From: an uncultured virus (IMG/VR IMGVR_UViG_3300032181_000411) | Taxonomy: Duplodnaviria; Heunggongvirae; Uroviricota; Caudoviricetes | Strand: one strand, 5' to 3' | Length of the DNA stretch: 64,000 nucleotides | IMG/VR virus record: IMGVR_UViG_3300032181_000411 | Part shown: positions 45,001 to 54,983 of the stretch, piece by piece | How positions within the stretch are numbered: the first letter of the stretch is position 1 | How the letters are laid out: each line of letters begins with the position of its first letter | The notes under the pieces: model-generated | Seen by the model: the letters and a program-made list of their open reading frames with translations, nothing else | What the model was told of the DNA's origin: nothing | Databases searched by the model: none | Translations under genes and position numbers: made by a program

Positions 45001-48000
45001 ATAACACTATTCTTGATGACACTTCTGGTGGGGCAACATGTACTAACGTAGCAAATGCTATCAATACGTTAGCATATCTATTTGTGGATGTTTTAGCAAA
45101 CAATACAAATGGCACTTATCTAGATGCTGCTTATTTAATTGCTAGAAATAGGCATGTCATTGCTGAAGAAGCATATCAAGAGACTAAAGTTCAGTATCCT
45201 TCTCTTGCTCTCAGTGATATTAATGAAAGAAAGTGTCGTCGAGATATTAACCACATTTTATCTGGTGTTATTCGTGACCTCGCTTTGGGAGGAAATGCTG
45301 GTATTGTCAATGCTGCCGAATTCTACTTTAGTGGAGCAACATTAACTGGCATTCCAGAAGCACAAAAAGATGAGACTTTATATGCTTTCTCAAGAGTAAA
45401 ATTACATGCTCAAAGAGCATCTAGAAACTGGTCTAATGCTGGTAATGTTGTTTCAGTATCTCCTACCAGCGCAACGTACGCTGCTGATACTGGTATTCTA
45501 ACTGTAACTTTCCCAACACCATTAACTTCTCCAACAACAAATGATAAAGTTGCTTTCGTAGAGGGAGCACTTACTTTCAATTGTTCTTCTGGTTCAGGTG
45601 GTGATCACCCAAGTCCACAACCAGGCGATGCTAATTATGGAAGAAGTCAAACAATTAGTAACGTCACATCATCTGGTGGATTTACAACTATTACTACTAA
45701 TGTTGGTAACGCTGGATCTGCTGCTGGAGTATCTCATACGTATGTTAGTGCTTTAGCAAATGGAACTATTTTAATCTATGATCCCGTTGATACCGTTAAT
45801 GAAATTCCACAGTTTGAAGATTGGAACATTCTTCTAGATGGTTCTAACCCAATTTGTGATGGTGTTAACACTGCTATTGAAACAGAATTCACTCTCCTTG
45901 ATGATATTTTAAGTGGTACTATTCTTCCTGGAGACACCGAAAGAACATATGGCACACTGTACGATTACAGTCAGATTATCTCGTACCCAAGTTCTTACAT
46001 TTATGACACTAACGGAACTAGAGTTACTGTAAGAGCTACTTATGATGATTACCCAATCATCGAAGCATCGCCATACACTCAGAACTCTTCTGTTATCTCC
46101 TTCAAAGGTGGTGGCGGTGCTGAGGTTGATGGTTCTAAGGTCAAGCAACCCAACTGCCCATTCCCTGGACTACAACCAGATGGTTCTGCTACATTCCCTA
46201 ATCAGGGTAAATCAATGGTTGCTTCGGCATTCACCATTGTCTCCTTTGGTGGTACTGGATATAAGATCGTCAATGATGGTTATACCCAGTTAGTTTCGGT
46301 CTTTGTTATTTTCTGTGAAGATGGCGTCCTCGCTGAATCTGGTGGATATTGTTCTATCACCAACTCCGCTACTAACTTTGGTAAGTACGCTCTCCGTGGT
46401 GTTGGTTTTAGAGATACAGCATATGACTTTGACATTGGTCTAATTACAGAAGTTGGTCAGACTGTTACTGGTAAAACAACCTTCGAAGTCAGTGGTCTTG
46501 GAAGAAAACCACTTGAGCACTATATCGTCAAGATTGATGGTTATAGAAATACCAACACATCTCTGGAATATTTCATTGATGCTGTTACTGGTGGTGCTGC
46601 TGGTGCTCCTGCCGTTATCACATTAGAATCTGGTAATGGATTGCCAACAGACTTTACCGACATTGATACAGGATTTGCTGTATCTAACAGCACGATGTTG
46701 GGTAAGACCATTAGACTACACAGACCTTCTATTGTTAACTCTTCTTCTCACACTTGGGAATTTGCTGGTTCTGGTGTTGACTACAATGCTCTACCAGAAA
46801 ACGGTGGAGTTAAGATTGAAGCATACGAGCAAGTTCCTCAAAACTATGGTCGTGTTTATGTTTCTGGCACAGACGAACTTGGTGACTTCAAGGTTGGTAC
46901 ATTCGCTAAGATCGAAAACAGAACTGGTGCTATTACCTTTACAGGTACGGTTTCGATCTCGGAAGTTGAATTCTTGAAACTGAAGGGCGGTGACGTTGTT
47001 GTTACTGGATTCTCCTCCGACAATACTCTTGGTGGATCCCAGTCTTCTAACAGCTTGATCTCTACTCAGAAAGCAGTTAGAGACTTTATTGTTAATAACC
47101 TTGGTCCTTACATCAACAAACCATATTCTACCAATCCAGTTCCTAGAGCACTGGTTGAATTGACTGACTCTGGTCAAATTAACATCGACCAGTTACCTCC
47201 TATCAGACCTTTCAACGTATACACAGTTGATACAGAGCAAGAGAGATTAAGAATTGAAGGAGCTCTTGCTGGTGATATTGCTATCCAAGAAAACTCAGTA
47301 GAAGGTGGTGGTACTGGCACAACAGAATCGTTCATTCTAAACAACGACAACGACAGTTTGTTCGCTGCTTTCCCAATTGACACTGGTTTAACGTTCTCTG
47401 TAAATAACATTTACACAGGATCTGTAACTGGTGGTAAGATTCAGGCAACTGAGTATAGACAAGGTGTTGTTCACAGAATCAATATTACTGATGGTGGATC
47501 TGGATACACAACTGCCCCACCAGTTGAAATCGTTGGTGGTGATCTCCAGTCTGGTGGTGTTATAGCAAAAGCAAACGCTACAATTAGTGGTGGTCAAGTT
47601 GTAACTATCGATCTTTATTTTGATAATGGATATACAGGTGGTAAGGGATATACTACACAACCAGGCGTAAATATTGATGCTCCAACCAATCCAGACGGAT
47701 CTACTGCTACAGCAGAAGCATTAACTGAAAGCAGACTGTATGGTGATATCGTTAACAATATTAAAATTACTGATAACGATACCATTCAAGATAGCAGTGC
47801 TTCTCCAACAACTGTAACTATAACTAGGGTTGTTAATACCTCTGGTTCAGATGCCGACAACTGGGTATCTCTATCCTCCAACCAGATCGCTGCTTCTGAC
47901 ATTACATCAGGTGTTATTTCTACAGCACGTCTAGCAAATAATTCAGATGCTGCTAACTCTTTCTCATTCTTGAGAGGAGACCAATCATATAGACCAGCAG

Positions 48001-51000
48001 TACAATCTCTCAAGGGACCTGAAGAGAGATATTTCTTGAAGCTACTGGCAGGAGTTGGAGATTCAAGTTCTCAACTTCAAGTTCCATATTCCACAAATGT
48101 TATTGTTGGTCACCAAGTTGCTGGTACTGGTATTCAAGCGGATACAATTATCGCTAGCTTTACCGTTTCTCTGGACGGAACAGTAATTACCATCAACTTA
48201 GATAAACCAACCAGCGATTCGATTGCTGCTGGAAGTATAATTAACTTTACCAGAAATCCATCTCCAATCCTACTTGCTTCGAACTACAGTCAAGGTAACT
48301 TTATTGATAGTGTTGTTATTGCTAATGGTGGTAGTGGATGTACTGTAGACAACCAACCAAATGGTATTGCTCGTAACGTTTCTCTATCTGGTGGAAATGG
48401 AACTGGATTAACGGCAAATATCACCGTTGTTTCTGGTGTAGTAACTACAGTTGTGGTTGTTGATGGTGGTTCTGGATACAACACTGATTTCATTGTTGAT
48501 GAATTCCCACCAGAATTGGGTAGTGGTAGCTTCCTAGAACTTCAAGCTAAGAAGTCTACCACCAACAAGATGTTTGCTAACACAACCATCGATATTGCTA
48601 GGGTTACTGATGGAACAACTGATGACTATGGAACCTTGGGTCTTGCTAGATTTGATAAGTCACAGTTCGAGATTGGAACAGCTGGTGATGGATCTGTAAG
48701 ACTGAAGACTGGCGATTCTAGTAACCTAGATGCTGACCGCCTTGATGGATTTGAGGGTGCTTACTATCTAAATGCTTCTAACTTAGGAGAAGGTACTCTA
48801 GGTGTTAACAGACTTTCTGGATTGTATACTATTGAAATTAGTGGTCAGTCTGGTAGTACAAGAAGACTATATTGGCAAGAAACTGCTGTTAATGACGTGG
48901 TTCAACCTTCGGAGATTGCTGAAGGTATTACAATTACACCAAAGAATGATGGTGTCATGGGTCTTAGCGATTGCCCAGATCCAGAGAATGATCCAAAACC
49001 ATATCTACTTGTAAACATTAGAGCAAGTGAATCTGACGGTGGTTCTAGGCAACTAGCATTTACTGATGGTCCTGGTGACGACTCTGGTGGTGGTTTCTGG
49101 TTTAGAGGATCTAACTCACTAACTTCTGATAATTCCTTCAAGAGTTGGTATAAAGTTTGGACATCAGGTTCTGATGGTGCTGGTTCTGGACTAGATGCTG
49201 ACAAAGTTGAAGGCAGAGAAGGTTCTTGGTATCAGAATGCTTCTAACATGATGACAGGAATTCTCAGAAATGAGAAGTTGCCAACATGGCAAACACGTAA
49301 GAATTTCTTAGATGGCATTTCTATCTTTGGATGGGGAGCTGCTGTATATCAATTCTATATTAACGATAACGTTACTGGATCATTACAAGCAACTCTCACA
49401 GCACAACCATTCGGTGTTGGTGATCCTTTCACTGTATTCAACGCTGGTGGAGATAATCTTGGTAGTGCCATCGTCAAAAATGTCTTTGTATACTTAGACA
49501 GCAATGATGCTGAAAATAATTATGCTATTGTGACGGCAACAGCATCTACTGGTTCTAGTACACAATTCTGGAGCACTCTTGGTAGAAGTATTGGTGGAAC
49601 TAATTCTTCTAATGTAGACATTAAAGTAGAATATCAAGACGTTGGTATTTCTCACTATGATGCTGATAATGATGGTGTTGTGGATGGATCACATACAGTA
49701 GCAGAATTGGTCAATGATGGTGGAACTGCTATTCTTAATATGGGTAGAGTTGAAGGTTCGAACTCTACTACTCCAGCACTTCGTTTCTTCACAGAAGGTG
49801 CTGATGCTTGGCAATCTGCTATCGTTGCTAGTGGCAACAACGAAGTTGACGAGCAATCTGGTAACTTAGAGTTCAAGGTTAAGACTACCAATGATGTAAA
49901 AATCAATGGTAACGTTATTTGGAACGCTGACAATGTAACTATTACTTCCTCAAATAGTGCTTCGACTTATACTGGTGTCGATGGTGGTGATTTTGATGCT
50001 GCTAACCCAGAACAAAATCTGATTGTCAGAAATGTTGTTATGAGGGACAAGAACGGTGACTTCGCCGCTAATGTCATTACTGCCGATCTAACTGGTACTG
50101 CTTCTGGAAACTTAAGCAGCAGCGGTGGTACGATTAATGGTAACCTTGAAATTGCCGATGGTTATGGTTTAAATCTTCTTGGTGGCAATATAGGTGTTAC
50201 TGGAAGTATTACAGTTAGTTCAGACTTCAAGGTTGATGCTGACAACAACCTATTCTTTGTTGATGTAGCACAGGGTAAGGTTGGTATTGGTGCCGAACCT
50301 GGAGATAGTGATGGTAAGTTATCTGTCCATGTATTAGGATCAGTTGACGACTTTGTACTTAGAACAACGGATAACGCTAACAGTCAAGGTATTGCTTTCC
50401 AGAACAGTGGCGCTGCTTATACTTGGAATATCTTTAGAGAGAATGCTGGTTCTAACACAGCAGACCTTGTTATTACTGGAAACCCAACGGCAGGACCTGA
50501 GGCTACGATTACTGACCTCGCTGAATATTTAAGAATTGAAGCAGGTGGTAATCTAAAGGTTGCTCAAAAGATTGGTATTGGTCGTGACGCTACTGAAGTT
50601 CTCGATGTCGCTGGTAATGCTAAGGTTGATAAACTAATCATCCAAGATGATGGAGATAACCCTGGTGCTGTTACTGAATTTTTAGGTGCTACTACCGTAA
50701 CTAAAGCTAACTTCAGATTCACTGCTGGTCCTGGAGATAATCTATTCTCTCTCGAAAGATCTGCTTTTGATTCCAATGATGAAAGAACAGGTGGCTGGCA
50801 CGCCACTCCAGTTATAGTTGCTAACGGAACTAATAATAAAGTTTCAATCAACGCTGCTATTCCATCCGAAGATTATCAACTTAACATTGGTGGTAACGTC
50901 AACTTCACTGGAACTCTTTATCAAGATGGCACTGCTTTCAGTGGATCTAACTGGAATATTGATGGCAATGACATCTACAGAAATTCCAAGGTTGGTATTG

Positions 51001-51251
51001 GAGTTACTTCACTAGCAGATAACGACAAAGAACTAGAAGTTGGTGGAGACATCAACTTGACTGGTGTTCTGTACGTCAATGATGTAGCACAATGGGTTGG
51101 TGCTGATGGAGTTATCCGATTAGCGGCAGCAACTATCACTACTAACACAACTATCCCAGATAATGTTAACGCTTTTGCCTATGGTCCTGTCACTATAAAT
51201 AGTGGTGTAACAGTCACCGTAGGTTCGGGATCTAACTGGACTATCTATTGA
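42099..51251 (+). CDS. giant tail-fibre-like structural protein (3050 aa)
   Basis: KCRRDI repeats, DG.GSGLDAD..G modules, VGIG fibre repeats, C-terminal GPVTINSGVTVTVGSGSNWTI cap. Confidence 0.8.
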   Translation: MSFQFNSDKETIKGVTPSIIGTTQFVIQSGSGSNQREIFRALNNDANQTRIGVNRTGRKIDKIEIINPGFGFTTEPVVYIDPPDQTDGLQAEASATIQDGILIDIAVTEVGDGYTFPPIVYVQGGGGSNAQIEATIDSIDYELDINGAIRTSTSIISDSARVSNLVVDNFATPDTKFRAPHLKNYLNGGGTEWSSVPVLLQVGEYRWYGFNLYQVTEAGITGTVPPTHSDGEQYNGEALFKHVGFRVNDPTEKFYNELPASGLFPRSITPALGDRSDKVATTEYVLNLATNDVGGRIYVSEQIGDDLNNGRSAAQPVRTIKRAAQLAWETPGVKETIIVSGGDYKEDNPISLPPDASVVGDNLRLVIIRPKNPGKHIFKFGDKNYVIGVTYRDKLDVNGQPESTWDFAMVFDDKQRITYDASINGDFGLNFPVGHQVFGEEKFSLTFSDNTATVAPELLSVGQKIRGVNSTANGLITRLTFDITDTNEPDVYLTGNLEYDVINGSFSSGELFRFGGSDTVPYENYQTYTVGQKVWYNQNVYTVTGVTGDGESDDTFPVHDTGTETHGSVDFEWLRIAKTFISQDIKSIRAEGEVVFEDTDNTSFLPIAKIVGSLQGTFTGGFQSDEYGDGEDLGGIVLYTNNLIGSGNIHDFKEGQEILVEGLPTANPDLSALNGKQRIYKVLEDADGRSRRIVIPKKMPWMTSYTEEAPYEPGANAKITNASKSVTLSLLNSPNKFGQAQPLARRFQDACLQIRNNIDFIADEVVGRINDEFKKEYFSAYDITGSTLKIYLGTSRFVHNYVGGGSVVHSGVSYPITDFQYDNITTGEATITTSGNFAALNEDDLIRIADIEVSCSIDGVVTQKVYPSFNIPTSDNKCRRDIGHFLNAIIQDLEFGSNAAVIKAAEKYVEGATQRVAYVDNEIIQTVRALEYSRELAIFAMRKWRIGEGTVNDPEFTPTYTTLPKYIDNTILDDTSGGATCTNVANAINTLAYLFVDVLANNTNGTYLDAAYLIARNRHVIAEEAYQETKVQYPSLALSDINERKCRRDINHILSGVIRDLALGGNAGIVNAAEFYFSGATLTGIPEAQKDETLYAFSRVKLHAQRASRNWSNAGNVVSVSPTSATYAADTGILTVTFPTPLTSPTTNDKVAFVEGALTFNCSSGSGGDHPSPQPGDANYGRSQTISNVTSSGGFTTITTNVGNAGSAAGVSHTYVSALANGTILIYDPVDTVNEIPQFEDWNILLDGSNPICDGVNTAIETEFTLLDDILSGTILPGDTERTYGTLYDYSQIISYPSSYIYDTNGTRVTVRATYDDYPIIEASPYTQNSSVISFKGGGGAEVDGSKVKQPNCPFPGLQPDGSATFPNQGKSMVASAFTIVSFGGTGYKIVNDGYTQLVSVFVIFCEDGVLAESGGYCSITNSATNFGKYALRGVGFRDTAYDFDIGLITEVGQTVTGKTTFEVSGLGRKPLEHYIVKIDGYRNTNTSLEYFIDAVTGGAAGAPAVITLESGNGLPTDFTDIDTGFAVSNSTMLGKTIRLHRPSIVNSSSHTWEFAGSGVDYNALPENGGVKIEAYEQVPQNYGRVYVSGTDELGDFKVGTFAKIENRTGAITFTGTVSISEVEFLKLKGGDVVVTGFSSDNTLGGSQSSNSLISTQKAVRDFIVNNLGPYINKPYSTNPVPRALVELTDSGQINIDQLPPIRPFNVYTVDTEQERLRIEGALAGDIAIQENSVEGGGTGTTESFILNNDNDSLFAAFPIDTGLTFSVNNIYTGSVTGGKIQATEYRQGVVHRINITDGGSGYTTAPPVEIVGGDLQSGGVIAKANATISGGQVVTIDLYFDNGYTGGKGYTTQPGVNIDAPTNPDGSTATAEALTESRLYGDIVNNIKITDNDTIQDSSASPTTVTITRVVNTSGSDADNWVSLSSNQIAASDITSGVISTARLANNSDAANSFSFLRGDQSYRPAVQSLKGPEERYFLKLLAGVGDSSSQLQVPYSTNVIVGHQVAGTGIQADTIIASFTVSLDGTVITINLDKPTSDSIAAGSIINFTRNPSPILLASNYSQGNFIDSVVIANGGSGCTVDNQPNGIARNVSLSGGNGTGLTANITVVSGVVTTVVVVDGGSGYNTDFIVDEFPPELGSGSFLELQAKKSTTNKMFANTTIDIARVTDGTTDDYGTLGLARFDKSQFEIGTAGDGSVRLKTGDSSNLDADRLDGFEGAYYLNASNLGEGTLGVNRLSGLYTIEISGQSGSTRRLYWQETAVNDVVQPSEIAEGITITPKNDGVMGLSDCPDPENDPKPYLLVNIRASESDGGSRQLAFTDGPGDDSGGGFWFRGSNSLTSDNSFKSWYKVWTSGSDGAGSGLDADKVEGREGSWYQNASNMMTGILRNEKLPTWQTRKNFLDGISIFGWGAAVYQFYINDNVTGSLQATLTAQPFGVGDPFTVFNAGGDNLGSAIVKNVFVYLDSNDAENNYAIVTATASTGSSTQFWSTLGRSIGGTNSSNVDIKVEYQDVGISHYDADNDGVVDGSHTVAELVNDGGTAILNMGRVEGSNSTTPALRFFTEGADAWQSAIVASGNNEVDEQSGNLEFKVKTTNDVKINGNVIWNADNVTITSSNSASTYTGVDGGDFDAANPEQNLIVRNVVMRDKNGDFAANVITADLTGTASGNLSSSGGTINGNLEIADGYGLNLLGGNIGVTGSITVSSDFKVDADNNLFFVDVAQGKVGIGAEPGDSDGKLSVHVLGSVDDFVLRTTDNANSQGIAFQNSGAAYTWNIFRENAGSNTADLVITGNPTAGPEATITDLAEYLRIEAGGNLKVAQKIGIGRDATEVLDVAGNAKVDKLIIQDDGDNPGAVTEFLGATTVTKANFRFTAGPGDNLFSLERSAFDSNDERTGGWHATPVIVANGTNNKVSINAAIPSEDYQLNIGGNVNFTGTLYQDGTAFSGSNWNIDGNDIYRNSKVGIGVTSLADNDKELEVGGDINLTGVLYVNDVAQWVGADGVIRLAAATITTNTTIPDNVNAFAYGPVTINSGVTVTVGSGSNWTIY

Positions 51252-51257
51252 TTTAAA

Positions 51258-51437
51258 ATGTCAGCAGAAACATCAAAAATTAACGTCACTAATCTATCCG
51301 ACTTTAATAGATTAAAACTTCCCGCATGGGAAAGCGAAGCCAAGTTCTCAGAATATGCCACTCCTGTTGTAGGAACTACTATTCTTCTCAACGGTGCTTG
51401 GAAAACCTGGACTGGCAGTAAATATACAGGAATTTAA
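51258..51437 (+). CDS. 59-aa mini fibre-associated protein
   Basis: Translated by hand: MSAETSKINVTNL...LKLP...VGT...KTWTGSKY; below the ORF-track cutoff. Confidence 0.6.
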   Translation: MSAETSKINVTNLSDFNRLKLPAWESEAKFSEYATPVVGTTILLNGAWKTWTGSKYTGI

Positions 51438-51439
51438 CT

Positions 51440-51619
51440 ATGTCAACTGTTAACGCGAATCAGATTTCTCTACCTCAAAACGCTAGGTTGAGATTACCGA
51501 ACTACACTACAGCACAAAGAAATGCTTTAACACCAATAGCTGGTGATGTGATTTATAATACCTCAGATAGTAATATAAATTATTACACAGGTACACAGTG
51601 GAAAGCAGCTAGACTCTAA
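51440..51619 (+). CDS. 59-aa mini fibre-associated protein
   Basis: Translated by hand: ...LRLPNYTTAQRNAL...GDVIYNT......YTGTQW. Confidence 0.7.
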   Translation: MSTVNANQISLPQNARLRLPNYTTAQRNALTPIAGDVIYNTSDSNINYYTGTQWKAARL

Positions 51620-51631
51620 GATTAGAATACT

Positions 51632-52450
51632 ATGTCAACTCTATCAGCAACGAATATTAATATTTTTAAAAATTTTAATATTCCATATTATACATCATCA
51701 CAAAGAACTAATCTTTCTAGCAAACAAGTTGGAGAGATTATTCTCAACACAGATCTTGGCAAGGTAGAATTTTGGAATGGATCTACTTGGGTAGAGACAT
51801 CAGTTTTACCAGATTTGTTTGATGATTTTAAAAATAGTTACCCATCTTGGGTCTTGTCTGGTCAGGGAACTAAACCTTCCTCGTACTACGGAATTAATAG
51901 TACAGGACACTTTATTACTGGAAATGCTTTTGGTACTTCATCTTACCCAACTAGAACTGATGGTCTCGAAATTCCTGGTGACATTAGTGTAGTGGTTAGA
52001 TTTAGCATTGACAAAAACCATGTTTGTGCTGATCATGGAATTGCTTTTTATAAATCTGATGCTACTCCAAGTTGGACTTGGGGTAACAATAGTTCTAGAC
52101 ATGCTTTCCAGTGGAACTGTTATTACCCATATATCTATCCAGCATCTGGTGGTAGCACATTTATTGCTTATCTCCCTACCCAACAAAATTATTCCAACCA
52201 AGTTGTTTACGTTCCATCAACTGGAACAATGAATGTAAAAATTTGGGCAGGAGCAAATACTTATTCTGGAACTCCTCTTGCTGAGGGTACTAATACTAAT
52301 TGTCAGTTTGCTAATCTACAAGGAAGTGCTGATACATATGAAGTCGCTTTTGATGCTGACCAAGATAGCACATCCAACAATTCATATTTCTGGGACGTTA
52401 GTATCAAAGCATTTGATGGAGTCGTCGGTGATGAACCAGGACCTCCATAA
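51632..52450 (+). CDS. putative fibre-tip/adhesin protein
   Basis: N-terminal IPYYTSSQR..L...GEII.NTD....FWNG..W module plus an aromatic-rich C-terminal domain. Confidence 0.65.
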   Translation: MSTLSATNINIFKNFNIPYYTSSQRTNLSSKQVGEIILNTDLGKVEFWNGSTWVETSVLPDLFDDFKNSYPSWVLSGQGTKPSSYYGINSTGHFITGNAFGTSSYPTRTDGLEIPGDISVVVRFSIDKNHVCADHGIAFYKSDATPSWTWGNNSSRHAFQWNCYYPYIYPASGGSTFIAYLPTQQNYSNQVVYVPSTGTMNVKIWAGANTYSGTPLAEGTNTNCQFANLQGSADTYEVAFDADQDSTSNNSYFWDVSIKAFDGVVGDEPGPP

Positions 52451-52480
52451 ATATAATCATAGATCATTTTTTATTAAAAC

Positions 52481-52672
52481 ATGGACACTGAACAACTAAG
52501 ACAAAACTTTAACGATCAGCTCGCTAATGCTGATAAGCAGATTGCTGAGTTAGAAGCAAATTTAGTTAAAGCAAAAGAATATAAACTAAAACTACTAGGT
52601 GGTTTGGAGACCTTAGACCTGCTAAACCCACCCACTACTGAAGAAGCAGTAGAAGAAAATGGCGAAGGTTGA
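52481..52672 (+). CDS. small coiled-coil protein
   Basis: 63 aa after a TAAATA box. Confidence 0.7.
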   Translation: MDTEQLRQNFNDQLANADKQIAELEANLVKAKEYKLKLLGGLETLDLLNPPTTEEAVEENGEG

Positions 52673-53246
52673 TCTCTTTTCAACCCCACTACATACATTT
52701 GATTTAAAACTGGATACTAATAGACTACTAAATGCAGTCGAAGAGTTTCGAGCAAGTAACCCGCCCTTAGATTCCAATAAGGACGGGTCTTCTAATGTTG
52801 GGGGACAACAGATAGAGAGTACTAGCAGCGATGGATTTAATGACCCAGAGTTATTTCAAGAAATAGCAAATATTTTACCATCACTAGGATTTGTATATAC
52901 TCAAGAAACGGGCGTCTCTTTTTGGTCGTGGATTAATATAAATTCCAAAGGATCTTATAATAAACGACATACACATATCAATACAAATTTTGTAGTTTGT
53001 GGTGTTTATTATGTACAGTGTCCAGAGAATTCGGGACCTATAAGATTCTGGGATCCTAGAGGAAGACTCCCATCTGAAATGAGATACGAACCCTGGGCAA
53101 CACGCCCTTTCGTAGATTACACTCCAAAAACTAACGAGCTACTTCTTTTCCCATCATGGTTAGAGCATGAAGTATTGCCTAGTTCCTGTGATGGGGAGAG
53201 GATTTCTATAGCCTTCAATGTTCTGAAACGTTCGGTCCCTAAATAG
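52659..53246 (+). CDS. 2OG-Fe(II) oxygenase (TIGR02466-like)
   Basis: SN.GG, W.NIN..G.YN..HTH, GVYY, LLFPSWL.HEV.P, RISIAFN. Confidence 0.85.
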   Translation: MAKVDLFSTPLHTFDLKLDTNRLLNAVEEFRASNPPLDSNKDGSSNVGGQQIESTSSDGFNDPELFQEIANILPSLGFVYTQETGVSFWSWININSKGSYNKRHTHINTNFVVCGVYYVQCPENSGPIRFWDPRGRLPSEMRYEPWATRPFVDYTPKTNELLLFPSWLEHEVLPSSCDGERISIAFNVLKRSVPK

Positions 53247-53272
53247 AAGTAGGGAACTTTTGCGTGGAATAA

Positions 53273-54103
53273 ATGGCAACGCCAAGCAGTAGAGCAGAAC
53301 TTATATCTTATTGTAAGAGACAATTAGGCGAGCCTGTTCTTCAGGTCAACATTGCTGACGAACAAGTCAGTGATGTAATTGACGATGCTATCCAATTCTA
53401 TCACGAACATCATTTTGATGGTCTTGAAAGAATGTATCTCAAACACAATATTACAGATTTAGATGTTGCTAGATTTACCACCCAAAATGAAGTCACTCAA
53501 ACTGTAGACCCAGATGCCACTGGATGGGAGCATAGAAAGAATTTTCTAGAAATTCCTGATCATGTAATGGGTATCAGTAAAGTATTTGGTGTTTCATCAA
53601 ACTTTGTTCGTAACAGTTTGTTTGGTATGACCAATCAGTATTTTCTGATGGACATGTTCTCTTTTTCTAATGGATTCAAGATGGGGAACTTTGACTTAAC
53701 CAACTATTTCATGGTTAAGCAATACTTCGAAACCCTAGATATGGTTATCAATACTGGGGGATTTGTTGAATATAGATTCACCAAGAGACAAGACAGATTA
53801 TATCTTGACATTGATGTCAATAGATTAAAAGAAGGAAACTGGATTTTAATTGACTGCTGGGGTGCTGTAGATCCAGATACTTACACCCAAGTATATAACG
53901 ATACGTTTGTCAAACGATATGCCACATCTCTAATGAAGAGACAGTGGGGAGCAAACCTAATCAAATATAATAACGTTCAACTTCCTGGTGGCATCACTCT
54001 CAATGGTCGTCAGATCTGGGAAGATGGCAACAATGAAGTTCAAGCACTTGAAGCAGAAATGCTTTCCAAGTACTCCCTCCCACCAATGGATATGATCGGA
54101 TAA
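53273..54103 (+). CDS. g13: neck protein gp13
   Basis: YCKRQLG.PV..VN, HFDG, KRQWG.NL.KY..VQLPGG.TLNG. Confidence 0.93.
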   Translation: MATPSSRAELISYCKRQLGEPVLQVNIADEQVSDVIDDAIQFYHEHHFDGLERMYLKHNITDLDVARFTTQNEVTQTVDPDATGWEHRKNFLEIPDHVMGISKVFGVSSNFVRNSLFGMTNQYFLMDMFSFSNGFKMGNFDLTNYFMVKQYFETLDMVINTGGFVEYRFTKRQDRLYLDIDVNRLKEGNWILIDCWGAVDPDTYTQVYNDTFVKRYATSLMKRQWGANLIKYNNVQLPGGITLNGRQIWEDGNNEVQALEAEMLSKYSLPPMDMIG

Positions 54104-54104
54104 G

Positions 54105-54983
54105 ATGCCTACTAGTCCCTATTTTCCAACATATTATCAAGGAGATTCTGGAGAGCAAAACCTCTATCAGGATCTAGTTGACGAGCAGATTAAACTGTTC
54201 GGATCGGATATCTATTACATGCCCAGGACAATCCTGAAAGACAATACTCTAGATGACATCATCTATTCCAAGTATGAGTCACAATTTCAGATTGAAATGC
54301 TCCTAGAAAATGTAACAGGATTTGGAGATACATCTGAATTTATCAGTAAGTTTGGTCTACGTATTACAGACGAAGTAAAGTTCCGTGTGTCTACGAGGCG
54401 CTGGACAGAAGCTTCTAGTGGATACAACTTAACTGTTAATGGAAGACCAAACGAGGGAGACCTTTTATATTTCCCACTGACACAAGACTTGTATGAAATC
54501 AAATTTGTAGAAAGAGAGAATCCTTTTTACCAGTTTGGAAAAATTCAATTCTACACGATGACTGCTGAAATCTACGAAATCGGTAGTGATAATATTTCCA
54601 CAGGTGTTGCTGAGATTGATGAAATTGAAACTCTGTTTAGTTCTGCTATCGCTCTTACTATGGCAGTTGGTGGTACTGATGACTTCACCGTTGGAGAGAC
54701 CGTTACAGGAAGCACAACTGGAATTACAGCAGAGGTGAAGTCCTGGGATGCCGCTACTAGAGTTTTACAAGTGATCAATAGAACAGGAACCTTTGCTCAA
54801 GGTGAGGCTATGACTGGAGATGATAGTGGTGCTGTTCACGTAGTAGGTACATTTGACACTCTAAATAATACGAACAGCGAGTACGATCAAAATTACGAGA
54901 TCGAACAAGCAGCTGACAACCTCATCGACTGGGGAGAAGTTAATCCCTTTGGTGAGTACGGTAACTTTATGGATTCATTCTAA
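54105..54983 (+). CDS. g14: neck protein gp14
   Basis: EQ.L..DLV.EQIK.FG, SKFG, RPNEGDL.YFP, FVE.E.PFYQ.GK, NPFG. Confidence 0.93.
   Translation: MPTSPYFPTYYQGDSGEQNLYQDLVDEQIKLFGSDIYYMPRTILKDNTLDDIIYSKYESQFQIEMLLENVTGFGDTSEFISKFGLRITDEVKFRVSTRRWTEASSGYNLTVNGRPNEGDLLYFPLTQDLYEIKFVERENPFYQFGKIQFYTMTAEIYEIGSDNISTGVAEIDEIETLFSSAIALTMAVGGTDDFTVGETVTGSTTGITAEVKSWDAATRVLQVINRTGTFAQGEAMTGDDSGAVHVVGTFDTLNNTNSEYDQNYEIEQAADNLIDWGEVNPFGEYGNFMDSF

Noticed and set aside
15665..51251. Many 60-130 aa alternative-frame and minus-strand ORFs inside structural genes
   Set aside because: These are the expected shadows of long biased-codon genes, with no independent expression signals
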